DNA of 64,000 nucleotides from a virus: IMG/VR virus record IMGVR_UViG_3300020204_000007, positions 105,060 to 169,059 of that record; one strand, 5' to 3'. Shown piece by piece: positions 30,435 to 38,562 of this stretch (position 1 is its first letter; each line of letters starts with the position of its first letter). The notes under the pieces were generated by a model. It saw only the letters and a program-made list of their open reading frames with translations, ran no database searches and was not told where the DNA came from. The position numbers and the translations under genes were made by a program.

Positions 30435-31541
30435 ATGAGTCGTTTTGATAATATTTTCCTCGCCCATCACCGCACAAAGTTGCCATTGATTTTGTGGGGT
30501 TCTTCCGGCTACGGCAAATCCTCTACAGTTAAAGGTTTTTGCCAACGTCACAATTACCGCCTTGTTGACAAACGTACTGTGTTTATTGATCCGCTTGAAA
30601 TTCAATTGCCAGTTAAGAATGAAACCGAACACGTTGTTGATTTGTGGCCTGCTCGTTGGCTCCATGAACTTTGCAAAAGCAATGAACCTACCGTCCTGTT
30701 TTTGGATGAGCTTAATCGTCCTAACAGTCTCCAAACACTTAATATGTTGACTCAGTTGCTGCTTGACCGCGAGTTGAACGGTATCCGACTTCCTGAGAAT
30801 GTGTTGGTAATTGCTGCGGGTAACCTTGACACTGAAGATACTGGTGTACAAGAACTTCCCGATGCAGTCATTAACCGCTTGACTCACTTGGTTTTTGCTC
30901 CCGATGAGTTTGAAATTATGGGCAATATGCAAAGTAAACTTGCACAAGAAGCCCTTAAACTCAATCCTAAAATTGTTGGCAAACCCGGTCTTCCTGAACT
31001 TAAACTGAAAAATTGTCCACGCCAAATTGATGCTGCGGTTCAGTTGTGGGAAACTGAACTACTTAATGAGGAGGAACTCGCTCTTGTATGTCGCGGTCGT
31101 TTAGGCAATGAATCCGGCAATATTCTTGCCAGTACGTTGATCCAAATTAAACGCAAAGAAGAATTTAAGCTCCCACGCAAAGTTTTGCCTGAACTGTTCG
31201 AGAAAATTTCCCAATGCGAGCAGGAAGGTATGATCATTGAAATTGTTTCGTTGTTCAAATCCGAGCTACAGTCGCATGAAGGCAAACGTACATTGAAGAA
31301 ACTTGAGCGGCATATTTCTGATTACTTGCTGCAATATGGTTCGCCTGAGCTTGCTCGCTCCATGCAAGAAGCTAAGTTTGCTTTCCGCTATGACCAAACT
31401 GAGTTTCCGGTGGATAAAGACAACAATCCGTTCAAAGATATGCGGCCTGAAAAAGAAGGAGCCGAAGTTAAAGATACTGGTTTGCCGTGGCAGCTCTATG
31501 CTTTGAAGCTTGGTAAGCTGTCGCCAAAAGATCGCTCCTAA
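30435..31541 (+). CDS. MoxR-like AAA+ ATPase
   Basis: GSSGYGKS, LFLDELNR, IAAGN, NR arginine finger. Confidence 0.85.
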   Translation: MSRFDNIFLAHHRTKLPLILWGSSGYGKSSTVKGFCQRHNYRLVDKRTVFIDPLEIQLPVKNETEHVVDLWPARWLHELCKSNEPTVLFLDELNRPNSLQTLNMLTQLLLDRELNGIRLPENVLVIAAGNLDTEDTGVQELPDAVINRLTHLVFAPDEFEIMGNMQSKLAQEALKLNPKIVGKPGLPELKLKNCPRQIDAAVQLWETELLNEEELALVCRGRLGNESGNILASTLIQIKRKEEFKLPRKVLPELFEKISQCEQEGMIIEIVSLFKSELQSHEGKRTLKKLERHISDYLLQYGSPELARSMQEAKFAFRYDQTEFPVDKDNNPFKDMRPEKEGAEVKDTGLPWQLYALKLGKLSPKDRS

Positions 31542-31571
31542 TAAGAGCGGTGTGTGTTGTACCCCTTCTCT

Positions 31572-31602
31572 GCCCTGTCCGTGTTACACGGGCAGGGCTT
31601 TT
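31572..31602 (+). terminator. intrinsic terminator
   Basis: GCCCTGTCCGTG..CACGGGCAGGGC followed by TTTT. Confidence 0.65.
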
Positions 31603-31616
31603 GATTCGAGGTTTTT

Positions 31617-32318
31617 ATGAAAATGTTTCCTGTTTTATTGACCACTGTTTTAGTCGCTTCTAATGTTGCATTTTTTCATTTGTTTCAGTTTGAAAAAGAA
31701 AAAACTTTTTCTCTTCAACAACAAGTACAAACAAGCGAAGAAAACAATGCGCGGATATTAAAAGAACAAAAAGAAAAAACACAATTTATTGAATTTGTGA
31801 GTACTGCTATTGCTCTTGCTGCTCCTAAGTCATCCGAATCCAAAAATGCTTATCTAGGTTCGCAAATTGTTAGAGTTGGTTTAGACTCGTTTAGCGATAA
31901 AGAAGAACGTGAAACATGGGTTGCAATTTTAGCCAACGAAAGTCGATTCAACCCAAAAGCTAAATCACCTGTGGGTGCTATTGGTATCGGTCAAATTATG
32001 CCTAAATCTGCAAAATGGTATGCAGAAAAATGTAACCTGCCCACTGATTTTACCGATGAAGACCTGTATCTTGTTGAAATAAACCTTACTATCTCGGCCT
32101 GCGCATTCAAAGAAATGCTTAAGAATGTAAATAATTCTAAAATTCTTGCTCTTATTTCATATAATGCAGGTCAATTTTCCAAAGATCTAAAACGTGTAGA
32201 GCAAATGGCAAATATCAATCAAGAAACTGCCAATTATGTCACAAAAATCACTCGGTTTTTAGAAAAAGTGCGCGACAATCCTGCTATTAAGTTAGATCCC
32301 AAAACTTCCGATAAATAA
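31617..32318 (+). CDS. lytic transglycosylase (SLT domain) with N-terminal membrane anchor
   Basis: ESRFNP..SPVGAIGIGQIMP..SYNAG. Confidence 0.85.
   Translation: MKMFPVLLTTVLVASNVAFFHLFQFEKEKTFSLQQQVQTSEENNARILKEQKEKTQFIEFVSTAIALAAPKSSESKNAYLGSQIVRVGLDSFSDKEERETWVAILANESRFNPKAKSPVGAIGIGQIMPKSAKWYAEKCNLPTDFTDEDLYLVEINLTISACAFKEMLKNVNNSKILALISYNAGQFSKDLKRVEQMANINQETANYVTKITRFLEKVRDNPAIKLDPKTSDK
32288..32313 (+). promoter_or_regulatory. sigma-28-type promoter variant in the SLT 3' end
   Basis: TAAGTTAGATCCCAAAACTTCCGATA. Confidence 0.65.
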
Positions 32319-32346
32319 TATGGGACAATAATAAGGAGGAGAAGTT

Positions 32347-34071
32347 ATGGCCAGTCATGATACAAGCCTTGAAGCTAAAAAAGCAAAGTTTTTGCAGAAT
32401 GCGTTGCAACGTCAAGTACCGTTGCTTACTGATGCGGAAATCTCTGATTATCGCACTCGTATTCTAAACCTACGCGCTGACTTTTGTGCTTGGGCTGCTA
32501 GCAGAGAATTTTACTTTACTCTTGCCTTGCTTGGTACAGTTGAGATTAAAACCGACCCTTCATTCCCCGCTATAGCGGGTATCACTAACGTTGATCGCCT
32601 GACGATGTACATTCATCCATTGATGGCAGAACTTGCCAAGAAAAACAAAAACTGCGTTTATTTCATTCTTATGCATGAGCTTCGCCACATCATTCAATGT
32701 GCGGATATGCGGTCAATCGAAAACTTAATTGACCTATCCCCCATCCGAGAGGTGTACATCAAAAAACGCGACGAAGCCGAAAAGCAAGAGCATAAAGATA
32801 TTTGGCAAAAACAAATTGATAGCATGGATAATAAAGATAATAATAAGTGGAAAAACTTGAAGTATCGTGCATCCAACATCACAATGGATTCTGCGCTCCA
32901 CGAAGATTTGGTTAAAGCGTTTCCTGACCCTAGTAAAATAATTGCTGAAATTAACCAGTTCATGGCTGATCGTTTTGTTCCATATTTGAATGGATTTTCA
33001 ATTGAAGAAGTCGCTAAAGATAAAGTTGCTGCTAATAAATTCCAAGAAGAAATACAAAATATTCTTAAGTATTCAGGACCGAAGAAAAAGCTACTAATTA
33101 AAGACATTATTCAATCGCACAAAAATCAAGCCGAAGCTCTTGCCAAATGCAATCGCCTTCAAATTGGCCTTTGCACTGTTGAAAACCTTGAAGACAGTTT
33201 CCGCAATATGGATCATTATCAACCAACGCTCCGACGCGAAGGTGAGTGGCTATACTATGCTGATGAATATATTGAGTGGCTTGCTCAACAACTCGACGAA
33301 AACTCTGATCCCAATGACCCACAAACTGAAGAGGGCGATGGCGAAGGTGGCGGCGATGAAATTGAAAGTATTCTCAAGCAAATGGAAGACAATGAATTCG
33401 ACCATCACGGAATGAGTGGCGACAAAAAGGAAGAAGCTGAACGCCGCCTGCGCGAAGCTGTCCGTAAAGCACAGGAAGAAGGCAAGCTGATGTCGCATAG
33501 AGCTGGCAGAAATGCTGCCGATAACTCCATGTTTGGCGATGCTACTGCTGCCCTTGACAACAAAATCAAACGCGTCCTAGAGCATTTGCACATCAAGTTT
33601 GTTCGCTTGTTTGCACCAAGTAATGATAAGAATTACAACTTTGCAAAGATTAATCGACTGTTCAACGATATTAAAGATTTGCCTGGTCGCCAAAAGATCG
33701 ACAAACCAAAGAAGCAAGTTATTATGATTGCCGACACTTCCGGTTCGATGTGGAACAAGCAATGGTTTAATCAAATTGCCGCTGCCGCGAAGTTCTACAG
33801 CCGTTCTAATAAATTGGCCGCGTTTTATTGCTGCGATACCGAGCCACATAAAATTGATTTAAAAGATAGCTTTTCCCAAATCGAGATGGTCGGTGGTGGT
33901 GGTACGGAGCTTTCGCCCGAAATCCTATCCAAGATGTTGGCTGAAAATAACCTAACCAAAAATGTTGATTTTGTTTACCTGACCGATGAATATGTAAACG
34001 GCCTTGAGGAGTCGCTCCGCGATGATCGGTGGAAACTCCACGTGATTAATATTCCAAAGGTCATGGGATAA
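32347..34071 (+). CDS. HExxH metallopeptidase + VWA domain protein (DUF2201-like)
   Basis: MHELRH; MIDAS DTSGSM; GGGGT; TD. Confidence 0.8.
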   Translation: MASHDTSLEAKKAKFLQNALQRQVPLLTDAEISDYRTRILNLRADFCAWAASREFYFTLALLGTVEIKTDPSFPAIAGITNVDRLTMYIHPLMAELAKKNKNCVYFILMHELRHIIQCADMRSIENLIDLSPIREVYIKKRDEAEKQEHKDIWQKQIDSMDNKDNNKWKNLKYRASNITMDSALHEDLVKAFPDPSKIIAEINQFMADRFVPYLNGFSIEEVAKDKVAANKFQEEIQNILKYSGPKKKLLIKDIIQSHKNQAEALAKCNRLQIGLCTVENLEDSFRNMDHYQPTLRREGEWLYYADEYIEWLAQQLDENSDPNDPQTEEGDGEGGGDEIESILKQMEDNEFDHHGMSGDKKEEAERRLREAVRKAQEEGKLMSHRAGRNAADNSMFGDATAALDNKIKRVLEHLHIKFVRLFAPSNDKNYNFAKINRLFNDIKDLPGRQKIDKPKKQVIMIADTSGSMWNKQWFNQIAAAAKFYSRSNKLAAFYCCDTEPHKIDLKDSFSQIEMVGGGGTELSPEILSKMLAENNLTKNVDFVYLTDEYVNGLEESLRDDRWKLHVINIPKVMG

Positions 34072-34074
34072 CTA

Positions 34075-34103
34075 TTGTCATTGTTTTAATGTTTGAGTAT
34101 ATT
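34075..34103 (+). promoter_or_regulatory. sigma-70-like promoter
   Basis: TTGTCA-17-TATATT upstream of the 34130 ORF and tRNA. Confidence 0.5.
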
Positions 34104-34129
34104 GTTACTATCTACAAAGAGGTGATAAT

Positions 34130-34369
34130 ATGCTCAAATTTATTTTATCTTTAGCCGCACTAGTTTCTGTTACTGCATTTGCAGAAGCAAAAAAGTCTGA
34201 ACTTGTTGAATGCTTACACGTGACAATTATCAAAGTAGAAACTAATGAAGCGGGTGAGCAGAAAGTAGCTGTTGTTCATCCACACGTTCTTAAATGCCAA
34301 CCTCAAAAACCTGCTGAGCCAGAAGCAGTTCCTACCAAAGTCCCTAGACTATTTCCTAGACAACCTTAA
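34130..34369 (+). CDS. small exported protein
   Basis: Signal peptide ending AFA/AEA. Confidence 0.65.
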   Translation: MLKFILSLAALVSVTAFAEAKKSELVECLHVTIIKVETNEAGEQKVAVVHPHVLKCQPQKPAEPEAVPTKVPRLFPRQP

Positions 34370-34375
34370 TGAAAC

Positions 34376-34451
34376 AGACCCATAGCTCAATGGTCAGAGC
34401 AAACGTCTTATACACGGGAGGTTCTAGGTTCAAATCCTAGTGGGTCTACCA
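34376..34451 (+). tRNA. tRNA-Ile (anticodon TAT)
   Basis: AGACCCA/TGGGTCT acceptor stem, D arm GCTC/GAGC, loop CT-TAT-AC, T arm CTAGG-TTCAAAT-CCTAG, encoded CCA; two A.G mismatches in anticodon stem. Confidence 0.8.
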
Positions 34452-35063
34452 TTATTTTGTTACAGATTTACTTTCTGTGTATCTGTAACCGGGTAGACTT
34501 GGAAGATCTGGAAACGGCGGTAATGGCATCTGCGGTATAGAAGGAACTGATAGATTTGGTAACGAAACGCCAAATGACGGAATCGGCAAATTAACAGAAG
34601 GTAGAGGCGGTAATGGCGGCATTTTTACCGCTGAAATTTTATTGAAATTTGTATTTATCCCACCATTCACATTCAAATCAGATTTAAAACTTTTTTTTGG
34701 CATCCCTGGCATCTGCGGCATATTAGGAGGATCTATTTTAGGTAATTCTGGTAATTGTGGTAATTCAGGGACAGATAAACTTGGAAGACTAGGCCCAAAA
34801 GAAGGTATTGGAAGATTAACTGGAGGTAGAGGCGGTAATGGCGGAGTTTTAATACCAGACATCTTCATCCCTGGCATTTTAGGCAAATTCGGTACTTGTA
34901 CTTCCGGCAGTTTAGGCAATTCTGGTAACTCAGGAAGGCTCAAAGACGGCAGCGAGAGTCCTAAAGGCGGAATGGGTAATTCGGGTATGGAAATGCTAAA
35001 AGATGTCTCAGAAACGAACTGATTCTTCTTAAAAATCTTAAATGTATAAACAAATTTTGCCAT
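34452..35063 (-). CDS. proline-rich repeat protein
   Basis: Three PxLP-rich repeats. Confidence 0.65.
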   Translation of the reverse strand: MAKFVYTFKIFKKNQFVSETSFSISIPELPIPPLGLSLPSLSLPELPELPKLPEVQVPNLPKMPGMKMSGIKTPPLPPLPPVNLPIPSFGPSLPSLSVPELPQLPELPKIDPPNMPQMPGMPKKSFKSDLNVNGGINTNFNKISAVKMPPLPPLPSVNLPIPSFGVSLPNLSVPSIPQMPLPPFPDLPSLPGYRYTESKSVTK

Positions 35064-35064
35064 A

Positions 35065-36633
35065 TCACGACTTCAATTTCAAGCTGCTGCTTGCAATATC
35101 ATTAGGCGCAGGAGTTCCGTTTGCAATCAACGGGACTAGAGGGGGGCCAGACGGGCCAGTAGGTGTTGGATGAATGTGTTGGTTAAATGCCATCATCATT
35201 TTCTCTGCAATTGTGGAACTAAATGAAGCACCTGCACCAAGAGAAATACTACCTGCGTTGATAGAAACATTCGTCGCAGACAATACTACATCTTGTTTTG
35301 CACTGATTTCTATTTTACCACCTTTCATTTTTATAATTTCTGTTCCTTCGGAATCAGTAATTGTTATACCTTCCTTTGCGCTTATCACATCCCCTGTTTT
35401 GGATACTATCGAAGCAGCACCAGTGGTGGCGTCAAAAAACAAAAACGAGCCATCTTTAGCCGTCAACTTAATCGAGCCATCCTTGTCCATAACTAACTGC
35501 GCACCAGTTTTATGATTAAGGAAGATAGCCTCTTTATCCTTTGTTGCGTCTAATATAAACGCTTGAGTCCCTTGTGTAGAGGTTAACGCAAATGTCTTTC
35601 CTACACTCACGGAGTAATTTTCTGTTATGTTAAGAACAGAATTTTTACCAATCTTAGTTATGCAATCTTGCACCACAGTTTCTGTTTTGTTTTTCTGTAT
35701 AGTCTTTTCTTCATTGCCAAAAATAATCTCGCGGGCGTTATCACCCACTAATTTAATAAAATTTTTGGAAGATCTGATCGTAATTGTTTGATTCTGTTTA
35801 TCTAAACGGATCTCCTCCCCCAGGGGGGAGAGGGTGGGGTCCTGGGGCTCATAAATTAACAATTCTTCTAATGGATCGTATTCATAATTTGGAATTTCTG
35901 TTGTATTATTAATACTAATAAATTGATTTTTAGGATCAATTACAAAAGCTTGCTGTTCACCATCCACAATACGAAACTCTCCATTTTGGAGAAAATCCAT
36001 TGTTGTTGTGAGCATTAATGGGTCTTCAACTTCTTTTTTAAGTCCTTCTCCCCATTTAGTTGATTCATAATAACCGTCTTTTAAAGAAATTTGGGGTAAA
36101 CCTGTATGTTGAACGCGGTATTGACCTAATTCATCAATATGTAGATTGACACCATTCATGCGCATGCGCCACATTGGGCCCATGCGATCAACATTTATAG
36201 GGCGGTTTAAAATTTGATCTTCATTATTTGAACTATTTTGATAAACAGTTTCGCCAGTTTCACTATAAATTTCTGACGGAAGAAATCCAATAATGACCGG
36301 TGCTGAAGAATCTACTTCTCCAATAAATGCAAGAACACAACGGGCACCAATTCGTTTGATTTTTTTACTAATATCTACATCTACAGTTGGACCAGCGCCG
36401 ATAGGATTATTAGTTTCTATGAATGCAGATTCATTATCATTTAATGATGACTGAACTACGATTTCTTCAAAATCATCAACTCCGCCAATCATTTGTAAAA
36501 TTATACAATTGAGGTAAGTGGTTGGCATACCGTTTTCTGAATATGCGCGAACAGTATATTCAGTTCTTGCTTTGCTAATATTTCTTGAATCATTTGGCGG
36601 ATACGCTTCAATTATTTCGCCAAATAATAGCAT
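35065..36633 (-). CDS. baseplate central spike (gp5/gpV-like)
   Basis: Beta-helix repeats and C-terminal HIHPTPTGPSGPP (HxH apex). Confidence 0.75.
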   Translation of the reverse strand: MLLFGEIIEAYPPNDSRNISKARTEYTVRAYSENGMPTTYLNCIILQMIGGVDDFEEIVVQSSLNDNESAFIETNNPIGAGPTVDVDISKKIKRIGARCVLAFIGEVDSSAPVIIGFLPSEIYSETGETVYQNSSNNEDQILNRPINVDRMGPMWRMRMNGVNLHIDELGQYRVQHTGLPQISLKDGYYESTKWGEGLKKEVEDPLMLTTTMDFLQNGEFRIVDGEQQAFVIDPKNQFISINNTTEIPNYEYDPLEELLIYEPQDPTLSPLGEEIRLDKQNQTITIRSSKNFIKLVGDNAREIIFGNEEKTIQKNKTETVVQDCITKIGKNSVLNITENYSVSVGKTFALTSTQGTQAFILDATKDKEAIFLNHKTGAQLVMDKDGSIKLTAKDGSFLFFDATTGAASIVSKTGDVISAKEGITITDSEGTEIIKMKGGKIEISAKQDVVLSATNVSINAGSISLGAGASFSSTIAEKMMMAFNQHIHPTPTGPSGPPLVPLIANGTPAPNDIASSSLKLKS

Positions 36634-36636
36634 TTA

Positions 36637-38547
36637 TTAATTCCTTATTTTCACAAAATTTTCTTGATCTACATTTTGTTGATTTATATCAACAAAAAGC
36701 GTTCTTGAAAACTCTTTTGGAATAATATTTAAAATTTTTGGATCTTGTGGATTTTCCATTAGCAAATCTGCTAATTTAACATAAGTTTGATTTGAAATTC
36801 TGCCATCGCCGGAAATCGTATAAGTAGAAGAAATTTCTTCAATTTCTCCACAAATGGTTGGGCGGCCTTCTCCAAGTGGGATTCTAACCATTAAACCAAC
36901 TGTTAAAGGAAAATCGTTATCTATAATTTGAACTGTACAGTTAGGCATAGCAAATTTTGCCGGTAAATAATATTTATATTTTTCAGCAAGTGCTGCAAGC
37001 CATTCGCCAAATACTTTGTTTACCTGCGAAGCTAAACGTGCCTCAGATTGGCTTTGAGCATTTTGTGCTGCTGTATTTGCAGCAGGATTAGTTTTATTTT
37101 TTGTATTTTTAGATTTCTGGTTTTTTTGTTTTGCAGCAGTTTTTTTCACTGGAGCCGGAGGTGGTGCTGCTGGAACAGTTGGGATAATACCCACAAATTC
37201 TGCAGTAGACGCAACATATTCTTGTCCGCCAAATCGATCTTGAGAAAAACTATCTTTATACCGACCATAATTTAAAGCTGCCGTCACTAAATACGCTTCT
37301 TTTATATATTTGGCAACTGGACTAAATTGGATATAATTTCTTGTATTTTGTATGCTGTATGAAACGCTAAAAGATAATACATTTGTCAAGGGCACTGTAA
37401 TTCTGGGAATATCGTCTTTATATGTAAAACCAAAATTTAATTCAGAGTTTTTATATATTTTATTATCTTTTGAATTTGCAATACTTCTAAAAGAAATAGG
37501 TTTATCTCGTACGACTAAAATCGGTTTGCATAAAACTAAATTATCTTCATTTTTAAAATATAATAAATCAGAAAAAGTCTCATACTCACCACCAGATTCT
37601 AATACTTTTTCTACAACAGCAGAAAATAAAAGACCTTGTGCATACATAGCTGGTGTGACAAATGCTGGGGGCCTAACTGCTTCTTCGTTAACAATATATT
37701 CTATGTATTCTGGATTAAATAAATTGTTTTCTAATTTCATATTTTCCCAGGTTTGAATTCCAATTAATTCAAATAAAAACCCAGTATTAAATGGAAATTT
37801 TTGTTCATATTTTTCATCTTCATATTTTAAAATATGGTCTTCGTAAATACTTTTTGGAATAGATGGAAGATCACTAGTAGTAAGGCTGATTTTTAAATTT
37901 TTATCTTTCTTGTTAGATAACGCTGATCGTAATCCCATCATCGTTGTTACATTTTTAATTATTTGAAAAGCAGGAAGGCGGTTAGACGTAAAAGTACGCC
38001 AATTATCTTCTTTAGCGTTACTTCCAACAAATCCAGATTCACCTGCAGCGCCAGTCTCTTTTAATTGATTGAAAAGTTTTGTTGTTTGGCCAAGTTCCTT
38101 TGTACTTAAAACAGCCATTTCATCGCTATATCTTAGCGGTATATTAAGACAATGAGACCATTCTCTAACTTGAATGTTATATGATTTTTTCAAAATACCA
38201 TCGGCATCTGCATTATATTGTGAAGTTATTGATTGTACTTGACCAATGAATTTTACAATTCCTTTGTTTAGATAAAAATTTTGTGAGTTTTCTTGTTCTT
38301 CATAAGTATCAAGCGAGCCTTTATTTGAAGTAACAAGAACGAGCCAGTCTCCAATGTATAAATCAGGCATGTAACCCATATATGTAATATTTAATGAATT
38401 GCCAAGTTTTTTTGAACGCGCATATGAAAGATATGTTATGCCTTTATTGATGACTTTTCTTGGCTTCATTTCATTAGAAATTGGAAAAAAATCTTTCCAT
38501 CCGTAATGAACTAAAGCAAAGTTATGTGATACATTTATTGTTTGCAT
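36637..38547 (-). CDS. probable baseplate hub protein
   Basis: Position between tape measure and spike; size. Confidence 0.55.
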   Translation of the reverse strand: MQTINVSHNFALVHYGWKDFFPISNEMKPRKVINKGITYLSYARSKKLGNSLNITYMGYMPDLYIGDWLVLVTSNKGSLDTYEEQENSQNFYLNKGIVKFIGQVQSITSQYNADADGILKKSYNIQVREWSHCLNIPLRYSDEMAVLSTKELGQTTKLFNQLKETGAAGESGFVGSNAKEDNWRTFTSNRLPAFQIIKNVTTMMGLRSALSNKKDKNLKISLTTSDLPSIPKSIYEDHILKYEDEKYEQKFPFNTGFLFELIGIQTWENMKLENNLFNPEYIEYIVNEEAVRPPAFVTPAMYAQGLLFSAVVEKVLESGGEYETFSDLLYFKNEDNLVLCKPILVVRDKPISFRSIANSKDNKIYKNSELNFGFTYKDDIPRITVPLTNVLSFSVSYSIQNTRNYIQFSPVAKYIKEAYLVTAALNYGRYKDSFSQDRFGGQEYVASTAEFVGIIPTVPAAPPPAPVKKTAAKQKNQKSKNTKNKTNPAANTAAQNAQSQSEARLASQVNKVFGEWLAALAEKYKYYLPAKFAMPNCTVQIIDNDFPLTVGLMVRIPLGEGRPTICGEIEEISSTYTISGDGRISNQTYVKLADLLMENPQDPKILNIIPKEFSRTLFVDINQQNVDQENFVKIRN

Positions 38548-38562
38548 ATCTTTCTCAATTTA

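Noticed and set aside
34376-34451. Reading the tRNA as Val(TAC)
   Set aside because: The 7-nt loop CTTATAC places TAT at positions 34-36 after U33; TAC is off-register
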